Assembly (NCBI RefSeq): GCF_001194135.2
Contig: NC_068997.1
Coordinates: 56,314,883 to 56,378,882, forward strand
Reading direction: 5' to 3'
DNA: 64,000 nt
Source of the DNA: Octopus bimaculoides
Taxonomy: Eukaryota
In this document: piece after piece, positions 14,391 to 28,689 of the stretch
Layout: the number at the start of each line of letters is the position of its first letter
How positions within the stretch are numbered: the stretch's first letter is position 1
Notes under the pieces: model-generated
What the model was told of the DNA's origin: nothing
What the model saw: only the letters and a program-made list of their open reading frames with translations
Databases searched by the model: none
Program-made: the position numbers and the translations under genes

Positions 14391-14792
14391 ATGATAAATT
14401 GAAGTTTAATATAACTTTAGCCTGGTCCCTTGGTGCTTACAGATCTGATGTTGTCACAAGGAACTATAGTTTGGCTGTATTTACTTAAGAATTCAAGCAG
14501 ACAATTCTTGGACAAAAGTTTGCAAAACACTATTGATAGAGTTAATGTAAATCTTTGATTAAAGGATAATTCCGTCATTTTATATGTTTGGGTTGAATAA
14601 TTCTTGATGAAATGGAAACAACATTATCACTGACAATGTTATTATAACATCAGGAATAAGAATGGTGCGTATGTTAAATCAGACATTTCAAAGCTCAGTT
14701 CTTCAAATATATAGATGGCGATATCTGTTACTATGATGCTTTGTATGTGTGTGTATGCATGTGTGTGTGTATGTATAATATGTATATATGTA

Positions 14793-14856
<64 letters not shown>

Positions 14857-14989
14857 TAAAACTTACTTGGAAAAGGATGTGTGGTATTCAATCAAATTAT
14901 ATAATATATATGCATTAGTATGTGTATATGCATATTTATCTATATATTATATATATATATATGCATGTATGTATTTGTGTATGTGTTTG

Positions 14990-15165
14990 TTTCCCCCCCA
15001 CCATTACTTGACAACCAATGTTGGCATATTTATGTCGCTGTAACTTAAGCGGTTCAGTCAGCGAAAAAGACCAATAGAATAAGTCCTGGGGTCGATTTGT
15101 TCGACTAAAGGTACTGCTCCAGCATGGCCACAGACAAATGACTGAAACAAGTAAAAGAATAAAAG
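14990..15165 (+). mobile_element. SINE family A, 3' half
   Basis: cttgacaacc...gtaacttaagcggttc...gctccagcatggccacag...gactgaaacaagtaaaaga homologous to 14018 copy. Confidence 0.8.
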
Positions 15166-17647
15166 AAGATATATATATATACACACACGCACACACACAC
15201 ACACACACACATGCACACACTTACACACACATGTATATCCATGCATAAATATATGCACATATATATTTGTGTGTGTGTGCACATGTGTGTGTGCACATGT
15301 GTGTGTGCACATGTGTGTGCATGTTTATCAATGATCAAGTTTAGTGAGAAACAAAATCTCTCAGTTGAATCAAATCTGCTAATCCCTCTCCCCACTCCCA
15401 CCATCCTAATAATAATCAACTCCACTGCTTCAGTTTTAAACCCCTTGGATAATATTTTACATCTTGTCCTCAATACAACATTGACTTTACATTCTTTTCA
15501 CTGACACAGCAAACCAAACAAGCATAGCAATAACCACGAAGAGCTAATAATCCAATAATCTATAGTTTTACTAAAAATGGTTACTGTGATGTAATCGGTT
15601 CATTTTCATCTTTCCATCTCTGATAATATTTGATGGAATCACTTAAACCAAACAAGTACAACTTGAAGATTAAGAAATCTTTCTCTAAATATTCAGATTT
15701 CCATTTTGATTCTGAAACTGTTTTGTGGCATTAACATGTCCGCACGGTGTTGTCAGTTGAATTTATCTGGAAAATTCAAACTTTGTTTTAAACTATTAAA
15801 AGATGTCTTATGGAATAATGACAGTTATGAAATTCAAAAAGTTTTAGAATGGTAAAGTTTCTCTTCGAGGGCCTCTTCTGGTTGTGGCTCACCTCATGTT
15901 CCCTTAAACCTCAAAGTTCACACCACTGCTGAAAATAGTTTAGCTCGTTTCGGTGTTAAATGACCCAAGAAGAATATTTGTGTAAAACAAAAAATGAAAA
16001 AAGATTGGAAAGTGATTGCCCTGCCTTCAAACCTTAACATTTTCAGAGTTTGTTTTAGTTATTTATCATTTAATGAAATTCTAGGAATGGTAATGTTGTT
16101 TCCATTCAAGGACCTCGTCTGGTTATGGCTCACCTTGTGCTTAAGCCCTTGTAAATTTCCTCTTCACCATACAGACCTGGGCGAGGTTCTTTCTTGTGAG
16201 AAACTAATAGTTAGCCATGCATATAAGTTCACACCAGCGATGATGTTAAATAGAAAAGCAAGGCTGATAGAGTTTGGCATCAGCACCTTCATAAATGTTG
16301 GTGCCAATAAAATACCACAAAACAGAATAAATACAATAAAGTGTTCTGTGTCAAGTGGTGATGTTTCTATGCAATGGAAATATATTCTGAGACATCCCTA
16401 AATGGGATTAAAGCAAAGACACTGTTTTAGTGTCCAAGACAAGGATAAGACACAAGCACTGTGTATATAGGTGTGTACATACATACACACAATTACAGAG
16501 ACATACACACATCTACACAGACAAATACACAGATATACGTATATGCATATGCCTACAGACACTCAATTATGAGGAATTCTTTTGGCAAGAAAGGGTTTAT
16601 ATCTTGGCAAAAATTACTTTGGACTCACAAACTTTAGTTTCTTATTCTACATATGCTTTATTTATCAGTTTATTTGTCTGGTTACTTATTATTATTATTA
16701 TCATTATTATTATTATTATTTATATTTATGATTTTAATGCAAGGAACCATAATAAATTTTATTATTATTATTATTATTATTGCCATCAGTTGTATTAGTT
16801 TGACAAAAACCAATTCTAAGAAATGTTAAATAACAACAAAAACAACAACAGCAAAAGACCATAACATGTAGCATCGATATCACCCCTCCACCTACATGCC
16901 TCCACCATCATCACCAGTTCCACCACTCCCACCACTGCCTCCACTACCACTTCCCTTTTCACCTCTTGCAGACATCAGAACAATTAAGAAATCATTCAAT
17001 GATCAGCTGTCCAGTCTCACCAGCCAACTATCATATTTTTGCACTATTAGAAGCCTTGATGCAAATTTATCGTTTCTTTTTGGCTATTTTTGTAGGTTTT
17101 TTTTTTTTTTACCGTTTTGATAGCTTTATTTCTTGAATTGTTTAATTGAAATAATGATTTTAATGTTGTTGCTGTTGTTGTTGTTGCTTTTTAATTTTAC
17201 TTTTAAGTTGTAAGTGAATTAAAATGTTATGGCATAGCAGCTGCCTCAAACGAAAGTCTAACATATGTGATGCAAAGTGGTGGAGGAATGGAAATGGGGA
17301 CGTTTTGTAGCTTATCAATGTGGATGTTGAGCTGCACGTACATCTGGTTATTTACATATATATATATATATACATACATACAGATATCTATATATATAGA
17401 GAGAGAGAGAAAGAGAGAGAAATAAATAGATAGATAGACTTAAATAAATATTTATGTGTGTATATATATTTATATGCATATATATAAATACACATATGCA
17501 TATATATGTATACATATGTACATATATATGTATATATATCTAAAATAAGTATATGTGCATATGTAAATAAAACATGTATGTATATTATATATATATATGT
17601 TTAAGCATATATCGTTATATATCAACATATATACATACACACACACA

Positions 17648-17681
<34 letters not shown>

Positions 17682-18469
17682 NNNNNNNNNNATATAGAGG
17701 GAGAGAGAGAGAAAAAGATACATAGATAGATAGATATAGATAAAGATATGTGTATATACATATATATGTATCTGTGTATGTATATATACACACAAAGATA
17801 AATATATGCATATGTCTACAATGAATTTTTTCTGTTTAGATATAAAACAATATATAAATAAATAAATAAAAGTTTGGGAAATGAAATTCAATTAAAATTT
17901 ACAAAATGAAATTAAGAAAAATAATTTGTTAATAAAGAATTGAAATAACATAGTGATTTGGACATCTGCCTTTTTATAAAAACACAAGTTCAAATTTTTG
18001 ATGAAAACATCTAATTTTCTTATTAAGATAACAATAAAAAATGCTATATAAGCTCTTTTCCTCTTGTTTAAAAGGAAGAGAAGAAAATCTGAAGAATAAT
18101 ACACTTTAAAAAAGGAAATGTATATAAAAAAGTAAATGTAAAAGAAAAAGAAAGAAAAAAGTAAGAAAGTATAATAAACATGTCCTTGTAAAATGTAATC
18201 AAATTTTTGATGAATTTAATTTAAGGACAAAAATAATGTAAAAGCAGAACAAAGTAGAAAATATATTTAAAGAATAAGTAAAGAAAATTAAAAGAAAAAA
18301 AAAACCCAGTTCTTGTGTAAGACATTGAAGAAATAATTCCTTGAAACGCTTGCATCTGTTGTATATCAGAGAAATTGGAAATTTAATCTGAAATAAAGCC
18401 AATGAAAATAATTTTGAGAACAGACAAGATACAGATATACAAACATATATGTATATAAAATATACGTGG

Positions 18470-18603
18470 GTGCAGGTGTAGCTGTGTGCTTCCCAAACAG
18501 CTGGTGCTGGGTTCAGTCTCACTGCATGGCACCTTGGTCAAGTGTCTTCTGGCCAAAGCCTTGTGAGTGGATTTGGTAGACAGAAACCGAAAGAAGTCCA
18601 TTG
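18470..18603 (+). mobile_element. SINE family A, 5' half
   Basis: gggttcagtctcactgcatggcaccttggtcaagtgtcttct...gccttgtgagtggatttggtagac. Confidence 0.8.
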
Positions 18604-19543
18604 CATGTGTGTATGTATTTATGTAGGTAGGTAGGTGTGTGTGTATGTATGTACGTATGTATATACGTGTGCATGTATTAAAAGGATGTGTTATAATACT
18701 ATTCCATATATACACAAACAGCCATACCAACAATCCAACATACTTCCCTGAAATTGCTGGCCTTGTGCCAAAATTTGCAACCAATATTAAAATATTGTAT
18801 GAAAGAGATATAACTCTAATAACATATAAGATCTTTGTGGAGAAAGAGCAGGATTGTGCTGAGTTGTATTTGTGTTGAATTAAAAGAAGGGAGAATTTAT
18901 TTGAGTTCAGAAATGTGTAAATTAAGAGATGTTAGTGGTGCATTTTAAAGGTAATGAATGATGTCATTAAACTGTAAATTACTGTATTTAAAACAAGATG
19001 AGAAATAATTCACAATAAAAGAAAATAGTCAAGGTTTGGGGGTTGATATGCAATGAATGGATTAAAGAGATTTCAATTAGTTCCACTTTATATAAAGCAT
19101 TGCTTTACTGCTGTTCTTTGTGGGTTGTCTTATAAACTGTACAAAGATAAAATATGCATAAAAGAACAATTAAAATTAGTTAAATTATGATGGAGAGAGA
19201 ATATGATGCGAAACTCTGATGCTGTATGGAATATGGAATTGTACAACCTAAGACATAAGGAAATATTTTCTAAGTTATTCAGTTTGACAATGTGAAAGAA
19301 AGGTACATAGACTTGTAAGATGTGAAATAGGTGTTTAGGTAGAGTGTCGAAGTTTTGAGTAGAGTTTTATATAATTTAAAATAAAAATATGATAATAATA
19401 AATTAGAATGATTTAAATATAATGGTGGTTGATAAAGTGATGGTATTTATATTGCTGTGAGAAGATTTCTAAGAAGAAAGCTGTCATAATGTATATCTGG
19501 TTATGTGAATAATGTATGATTAGTAGAAGTATTTCGATGAAAG

Positions 19544-19606
19544 GTGTAGATAAATGGTGCTGGAGATGAAGTGTGTAGATAAATGGTGCTGGAGATGAAG
19601 TGTGTA
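19544..19606. repeat. 29-bp perfect tandem duplication (GTGTAGATAAATGGTGCTGGAGATGAAGT x2 plus partial)
   Basis: Identical units at 19544-19572 and 19573-19601. Confidence 0.9.
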
Positions 19607-19744
19607 AAAGAGTACAGTGAAGAGTAGCCAAAGCTTTTAGATGTAAGAATATGCCTTCGATTAAAATAACAAAAATTACAATCAGATGATTTGTGGATGT
19701 GAGAACCTGAATTAATATCACAATTATGTTTTACAAAACAGGAA

Positions 19745-19835
19745 ACTTGCTTAGTGACAATGCTTCCAGCTTTTTTACGTTCTGAGTTCAAATGCTCCCA
19801 GGGGCAACTTTGCCTTTCATATTTTTAGCAGGTGA
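19745..19835 (+). mobile_element. SINE family B fragment
   Basis: acgttctgagttcaaatgc...caactttgcctttcat matches 33590 copy. Confidence 0.65.
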
Positions 19836-20017
19836 TAAAAATATCACACATATATATCTACATGTATACATAACATACATACATATGTACATCTATATAT
19901 ATTTTAAATAATGAGTAGAGGTGGCATTTTTGGATGATTTTTATTTTAATAATATTTACATTATTTATACATACATACGTACATATGTATGTATATATAA
20001 ATATCTATATATATATA

Positions 20018-20069
<52 letters not shown>

Positions 20070-20669
20070 AACATGTATATACACACACATGCACACAGCA
20101 TTGTTTCTGTCTGTTGTTCTTCTTTCTTTCTCGTGCACTCTCCTTTTTTTATTTTCCTTGTTTTAATCATTGAACTGTTGCCACCTGAAAGAATTTTTAA
20201 GGAATCGTGTGAACTCCCTCTTTTGCTGCTTCAGAGTCTGCTGTTCGTTCGAGTAATTCCTATTGAACTCTGTTCAGCTATGTTTTTGATGGAAAATCAG
20301 TTTTAAGACAGACAGGGAAATACTTGTGAACATGAAACACTTCCTGCTCTTAATTCAAGGTTGATTGGTTCATTAGAAACAGAATAAAACTACAAAATTA
20401 ATCATATCAACAACATACAAGAGACTCTATCAACCATTGTTAGAATGGAAGAATGTTCAAACGAAAGAATCTGTTTCTGCTATGATATAAATCTTCCTTT
20501 CGCTTCCATTTTAATGCTTATAGATATTTTGTACAGCAGCTCAACCAATGATTGATGGCAAAACCTGGCAGACTGATAGACTATCTCAATGTCTTGCTCT
20601 TAACTTCTCATGTATCTTGTAGAAAGTTTACCACATTTTTTCTTTCAAAGTAATATAAAATTAATATAA

Positions 20670-20765
20670 TAATCTTTTCTACTCTAGGCACAAGGCCTGA
20701 AATTTTTGGGGAGGGGGCCAGTCGATTACATCGACCGCAGTATGCAACTGGTACTTAATTTATCA
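20670..20765 (-). mobile_element. SINE family B 3' part
   Basis: Reverse complement of the 33650-33745 region (ggccccctcccccaaaatttt...ggccttg...ctagag). Confidence 0.75.
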
Positions 20766-20854
20766 GCGGAAAATTTATATAATATTAATTGAATATGTTG
20801 GTGATTTGACAGAATCATTTGCATGGTGGGCAAAATGTTTAGTGGCATTCTAAC

Positions 20855-21010
20855 TGTTATTCCCTTATTTGCTTCAGTCGTTTGACTGTGGCCATGCTGG
20901 AGCACCACCTTTTAGTTGAAGAAATCGACCCCCAGGACTTATTCCTTGTAAGCCTGGTACTTATTCTATCAGTCCTCTTTGCCAAACCACTAAGTTATAG
21001 CGATGTAAAC
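20855..21010 (-). mobile_element. SINE family A 3' half
   Basis: gactgtggccatgctggagcaccacc...cctggtacttattctatc is the reverse complement of the family A tail. Confidence 0.8.
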
Positions 21011-21057
21011 ACACCAACAGTTTTGTGAGGTACATAAATCTTTTCTGTTATAATTCA

Positions 21058-21430
21058 GGCATGGTTGTGTGGTAAGGGGTTTGCTTCCCAACCACATGGT
21101 CCTAGGTTCAATCCTATTGAGTATCACTTGGGGCAAGTGTCTTCCACTATAACCTTAGGCCAACCAAAACCTTGTGAGCGGATTTGGTACATGTATGTGT
21201 GTGTGTGTGTGTGTTCATGTCTGTGTTTGTTCTCCACCATACTTGACAACCAGTGTTGGTGTGTTTACATCCCTGTCAGTGGTTCAGCAAAAGAGACCGA
21301 TAGAATATGTACCAGGCTTTAAAAAAAAAAAAATAAATAACTGTGGTTGATTCATTCGACTAACATTTTTACTAAGTGCTGCCCCAGCATGGCCACAGTC
21401 AAATGACTAAAACAATAAAAGATAAAAGAT
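21058..21430 (+). mobile_element. SINE family A, near full length
   Basis: Head, body, internal (TG)n and ...taaaagataaaagat tail as in the 14018 copy. Confidence 0.85.
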
Positions 21431-21447
21431 ATGTATTTACGTGTGTG

Positions 21448-21478
<31 letters not shown>

Positions 21479-22659
21479 AAAAGTAGCAATAAATATAAGA
21501 TAAAGGAGACCTGACCCACTGATTCAACACTCAGTGTGCTTTACTCTTAAACAAGTTTCTTAACTCTACTTCTAATGGTTTGCCTGTTTGAAACAAATTA
21601 GTTCAATGGTTAGGAAAAGCATATCCAGTTGTTAAAGAAATTTCTGCAACAAATAAAGAGTTCTATTTGACCATTTCACCTTATAATGTCTAAATTATTA
21701 ATATGCAGAAAAAAAAAATATTATTAGCAAGTCTAAAAGCAAAACAGAAAAAGTTGCCACATCTGCCAGATATTAGAATTAGCTGCATGCAATAATGGTG
21801 TTGAATCCTCAAGAATCTTTCGAGCTTGGACAAGCTTTTGGTTCTGTCATTTTATATATTTCTTATTTATTTGTTTTCTTTTTTGTCTTCTATAAGATCA
21901 TGTTGGTTGAAGCATCATGAATTATTAACAAAAGGCACCACAGGGTTAAAAATAGAAGAATAACAACCGAGTAAAATAAAAATAAACTGTATTAATGAAT
22001 GCATGCCTACACACACACACACACACAAATATATTCACATACATATATATATGTTCACATGGATATGTGTAGACATATGTTTATATACGTATATATGTGT
22101 GTGAATGTGTTGTGTGAGTGTATTTGAGTTTGTACACATTTAAGTATATATATCTATATATAAACCTATGTACATATGTCTGTTTTTCTATCTGTCTGTC
22201 TGTATATCTTCACTTACAGCTGTTTCAATTAATACTCAGTAAATATTAAGCAAATATTAAATTTATATTTATATGACCTGAGCATATTTATATGATCCTT
22301 GGATGTTTTATATGTGCTTATGAAATCATTATAGCAGACTATAATATATAATGTATATATATATATATTTGATTTGTATTACATACACTTCCATTTCCAG
22401 AGGTTGATATCTTACATTCTCCTACACTGGATATTGAAGTGGAGTATTTAACTATTGTTAAATAGTATTCTTGAATCTCTTCAATTTTATCTTATTTTTA
22501 TTTATCTTGGTCAAATTTATCCAAGACGAGCGAATTACTGGTACATACATAATAAAGGGTATAAAATAAAAGGCTATGTTTTAACCCTCTTACTAGCGTA
22601 TTTTTGTCAAAATATACTGTCTACTACTACTACTCATCTAATATCATCTGTTTGCAATG

Positions 22660-22810
22660 CTGCCATGGGTTGGACAGTTTGACATGGAGCTGGCCAGTTG
22701 GGGTGCTGTCCAAACTCCAATTGTCTGTTGTGGCATGGTTTCTATGGCTGGATGCCCTTCCTAATGCCAACCACTTTACAGAGTATGTTGGGTGCTTTTT
22801 ATGAGCCACC
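22660..22810 (-). mobile_element. RTE-associated 3' end, decayed
   Basis: ccatgggttggacagtttgac...gctggatgcccttcctaatgccaaccac. Confidence 0.75.
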
Positions 22811-24786
22811 ATTAATTTTGAAAATAATTAGGAACTTGTAGACTGACTTAGTTATCTTTATGCTTGTGCCTGGAGCATAAATTGCTGAGGAATTTTGATG
22901 GAAACTTTTAATTTAGATCACTTTAAATCAAGAAATTTATTCCACAAAAGCAGGAGAAGTTACAGGTGGGTTGGTATCAAAAGGGTTAACGCAAAGTTAA
23001 AACCATGGGGACTGCAAATGAGATCCCTTCATACCTGGGTCCCTAACATTTCTGATAGACCCTTGCAAATCTCACTCATATTTTTAAGCATAAATGAGCA
23101 TAAAACACACACACACACATAGATGTATATATATATACATACACACACACACAGACACGTGTACAGAGAGATATCTATATAAACTTACATTCACGCTCAT
23201 TTACATTTGTCTATTTTTTCTTAATTTTTAATGAAGTTATTTCTTCAGGGAAATAGAATTTCATAGCTTCTCTCTCTTTCTCTCACACTCTCTCCCCCCC
23301 TCTCTCTTTGAGTTCTTGTCGAAGCAGTAATCATTCTTCTCTACCATACTATATGTATTATAATTACTTTTTCCTCCTTCCACCATTCAGGCACATAATT
23401 GATCATCATCGTCATCATCATCATTGTCATCACCATTGTCATCGTAAATCATCTTTCTCCTCCTCCTCTTCATCATCATCATCATCGTTGTTGTCATTGT
23501 CATCGCCATTGTCGTCACTACCTGCAGTGCTGTCCCTCCTCCTCCTCCTCATCATCACCATCACCATCACCATCATCTACTCCATACCCCCAACTGTAGT
23601 TGATCTATTGAAGAATTAAATTACCTTTAACTCTGTATACTTAGCCTAACTTAAAATTCTGATGAATAATAAATAATTACTTTACAATGGTAAGAACCAA
23701 GGAGGCTGAAACGTACATCACTGGGGAGTTGGGGGTGGGGTAGGGGTGCAGGAAATTTCCAAATGTTTGATAATCACTTTCAATTTTATCGTCTATTTCT
23801 TTTTGAAATAAAATGTACAGTTACCATGGTAATCTAATTTTATGCATTTTTAAATTATGTTCTTATAATTATTTATCTTCTGATAATTAAAAAAGAAAAG
23901 GAAAGAAAACGATTGTTGCCAAGAAACTTCTAGCAACAATAGCTTTTTCTTCCTTCAAGATTAGAGAGGTTAATATTTTAGAAGAATAGTTGATATCACT
24001 CAAAGAAAATAAAGCAGGATGAAATGACAGAAGACAGAAAGAGAAATAAAGACATATTGTTGTATCTTTGGAGGGTCATTATGTCAATGATGATAATAAC
24101 ACACACACACACTGGTTCAATATCACTTCTTTATTGAGGGTCAATTGGTTAAATATCTAACCAACCAACTAATTGATTGTTTGTTTAATGTGTTGGTTAA
24201 GCAATTAATCAGTTGTTTGTTTCTTAATATCCTTTCATCACAATTTGAAACCTCATCAATGATATACTTTCTCATTCCAAGGTCTGCCATGAGTTTCCAA
24301 ATCACAAGATTTGCTGCACCTCACAAATTCACATCAAGAATCTTGCAATCTAAATCCAAAAACAAAGAGAAATCAAGATAAAAACAAAGAAATACTACAG
24401 GCAATAGTCATTTTGGTAGATGGTCTGTAAATAAATATAGGAATTTCCTCATCAGAAACAGCAAATTATTCAATCCAGTCAATGGTTTTTCTAGAGAGGA
24501 AAAGCATTCTTAGGTTTCAGTACATTTTTGACAATATGGAATTTTAGCATTTTTACTTCGAATAATTCTTTCATTCAGGAATGCTCTGATACCTGCCACA
24601 CCAATGCTTGCTTTTAACAGAGTTTCTAAATCTCTCTTGCAGTTGTTCATCGTTGCAAGAATGCCATTGTCATCCATGGCATTCTTACGGAGGCTGGTTG
24701 ATGTGGGCTGCTTTCAATGGTTGCTGTTGGTCAGAGTCTTTTGTCAGAACTGCCTGCTCTGATGGTTCTGTCAATTTGCTTTTCTT

Positions 24787-24833
<47 letters not shown>

Positions 24834-26867
24834 ACTAAATCTTCTGTTGCTTAAAACTTTGTTATCATGGCCAGATACAAGATCCAACCTTGTGATGACC
24901 ATAGCTTGCAATTATGCTTTTCTACATATCCGTTTTTATTTAATAAGCAAATAGTTGTCACATAAAGAACTCACAAAGCTTTCAGTTGTTGTGAGGAAGA
25001 GATCCATGGCTGATGACACTACATTGGAACCACTTCAAGCCAAATGCTCAATGAAATGATCCATTGAAAAGTTTCAGCTACATTGTCATAGATGCAAACA
25101 TTATGAATTCAAATTGTCTCTGGTCAGAGGTGGTGGTCATTTATTTAATTGTCAAATACAGCCACACCACATTTGTTTCGTGAGTATTGATAACATGGCT
25201 GGTAACATGTGGACTGTGCACATATTAGGTGGGGGTGGGCATGAGTAGTAAAGTATGGACCGTCCAAAGACAAAGGGGTTAGTGGAGGGATGCGTTAAAC
25301 AGACTTGACTTTCACTATGACCAAAATTGACTAAACTCAAAACCAAATGAATCTCTTCTGTAAAAAAGATTCTTTGCATTACATTTAAACTTCTTCTTAT
25401 TCCACTTTGATAAACAAACCTCATTTTTTTTCTTCTTGGGTTTAGCTTTTTATTTTATTTGGGGGTGAGGGTCACCAGTGATGCTTTATTTCCTCCATGG
25501 TCAGCCTTTACAAAAACATCATTTCACACAATGGCATTGCTGTATATTTATCGGTCAGTTTTAGACTTAGCTATATTTGACACTACATTGTAGGATATAA
25601 CTGGTGGACCAGTCCTGCTTAACAGGAACTGATTTCATCGATAATTTGTGAATGGACTCAGGCCAATGGATTATAAACTTTAGAAGGATTATCTCATTTT
25701 TTTTTCTTTTTTGTTTCTGTAGAAAATCTAGCTGAGCACTTTTAACAGAAGGGTTGTCAATTATTTGAGACAATCTACTTTCTATTATATTGAAGTCTAA
25801 TCTATTATACATTCATTCAACTTCCTTCCAGCCTTTCTGGTGCTAACAAAATTGTTGTTCTCTAGAAATGGTAATATTCATCTCAGATGTTAATAAGCAA
25901 ATAGAAGAGAATGCTATAAAAGGCTGGGTTTTGTTGTTGTTTTTTTTTTCACATTTTCATTTAATTTCAAGATGATTACTTCCTTTCCTGCTTTCCAGAA
26001 TATATTTCAAGCTTCAGTAAATTAAGAACAAGTGTTGCTATTTATTTCCAATTAGCTCTGTTCAATGAGAATTATATTACATGAATGTATTTTTACAGAA
26101 CACTTCACATTTGCCTCAAATTAATCACTCAATGTTGCTTAATCTTTAGTTTTTCATAGAAATATACACAGCAATATTGTGCACAGATGATTTGTAATTC
26201 ATTGGGTTATGACAGACAAGCAAATTGAAAGCAAAACGTATTCCTTTCGATTTGTGTTCAACATTTGTTGTTAAGCTACCACAATTCTTGTCAATTACAA
26301 AGTATCTCTGCTTCTTACTGTGCTCAGATGTGACTACCATAATATGAATATGCAGTTCCACGACATGGGTGACCAAAATTTGTCACTTTATTACTCTAAA
26401 TGACCTTTAAGACAATTCTTTGACGAATTCCATAATAAATTCCATAAAAAATAAAAATTGAACTGGTAAAAGTTATTGAATACATCCCCAACTCCATAAA
26501 CCTACAGATCAGAAGTTATGTGCAATTGTCAAAATAGCACACAACCAAATTGTAGGATCCCACACTCTGACCATTTATAAATCCAATTTGCTCCAGGTAA
26601 TTAATACTTCTCCCCTTTTTTTACACAACTAAATAAAGGAACTCGAGCCTACCATGTTCGTACTAACACTATTCGTATAATAATCATAACGATGGACTTT
26701 TGATTATGGCTTTAACAAAGGTCAGAGGTAATTGACTGATGAAACGATCTTTTAGCCTGGCATCTGGGAGACTTGTGTGGTAGAATTATTTTCATAGCGA
26801 CACTAGAATATGTTTATTTAACATATTGTTGTAACTTTGTTTACTATTCTAGTATTCTTTGTAAGCT

Positions 26868-27250
<383 letters not shown>

Positions 27251-27918
27251 CTAATCACCCAACCACAACTTTTCAGTTATCATAGCCTCTTTAGTGCTAG
27301 AAATACATAGACATTTGGTTGCTTAGTGGTTGTAAAAAACATGTAACAAAATTTAGTGAAGAATATTCGTGGAGAGATGGAAAAGTTATCCCCCTTGGAC
27401 TGGTGTTAGCTTTGATTGGAGTGCATAAGCTTTGTATGAATCACTCGTAAATGGACGTGACCATGTTGCCAAAATTAGTTTGCATTCATGAGGATAGTAT
27501 TCAAAAATTTTGCTTTTCAAGACTAGGAGAACACCTATATTATGTGAATATTTTAGAATAATTCTCTTCTTCAAGATTCAGCCTGATTTGTTCCAATAAT
27601 CACCAGCTGATATTCAATGCTGTTGCATCTTCTTTTAATGCCACATGTAGCTGATCTTAAAATGGTATCTGTGGTTATTCAACCCGGCCCTGAGGGTGCT
27701 CACTTTTACTCTGACTGGTTTATGTAAATGTGTCATCCTATTGGTGTTTGCCAAAGCTACTTCGAATTATATATTTATATAAATATAATGCTTTTGTGAA
27801 TATGCGTATCCTTACGTGTGAGAATTCCCAATGTGCACTGATATAAACATAAATAGCTATACACGTAAAAATATATATTGACCAACAAGCACACAAATGT
27901 ATCTCTGCAAACATACAC

Positions 27919-27961
<43 letters not shown>

Positions 27962-27974
27962 TATAATGTATGCA

Positions 27975-28009
<35 letters not shown>

Positions 28010-28404
28010 AAGAGCAGTAACTTATTTTGATTAAAATAGTATAAATCTAGATAAATATCTATAAATGCTATAAAGATTTATATTTGAAGAGAAAAGAGAT
28101 GTGAACTGGGATTTTCTGTTTTCTTTTGGAATATCATTAAGGTTTCATATGTTGCTTCTTATTCATTTTGCTAAGGAAATTAGTCACGAGAACTTTACCA
28201 AGTATTAGTCACCAAGCAGCATTTTATAATAAAAATCAAAGAAGAAATTGAATTCATTAAAATTTATTATAGTCAGTACATTAACCCTTAACCTAATTAG
28301 TCAAATCGGTGCTAATGGCCTATTTGCGATATTGACTTTGACTCGCTTGGTCTTAAATTTTGTTTAAATTATGAAGAGAAACACTTATTCTTTACTGATC
28401 TTTT

Positions 28405-28590
28405 ATTTGTTTCATTTATTAGACTGTGGCCATACTGGGGCACCACCTTGAGGAACTGTTTTCTAGTCAAATGCATGGACCACAGTGAATTTTTTAAAAG
28501 CTTGGTACTTATTCATCAGTCACTTGCTGAATTAACAGGAATGTAAACATACCAACACCAGTTGCGAAGTTGTGGTGGGAAACAGACACA
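28405..28590 (-). mobile_element. SINE family A 3' half
   Basis: gactgtggccatactggggcaccacc...gtaaacataccaacacc. Confidence 0.7.
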
Positions 28591-28689
28591 CACACATGCA
28601 TGTGCATGCATGCACACATACATACGCACATGCATGCTCATGCACACTTGTACACACTCACACACACACATGTATATACCAGATTAACG

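Noticed and set aside
24570-24660. Minus-strand GCC-ATG-G start (MDDNGILATMNNCKRDLETLLKASIGVA) and other exon-like frames at ~21760-21860, ~20185-20270, ~32300-32440, ~36140-36249, ~46560-46670
   Set aside because: No recognisable homology and no consistent splice chain; such frames are expected by chance in 64 kb.
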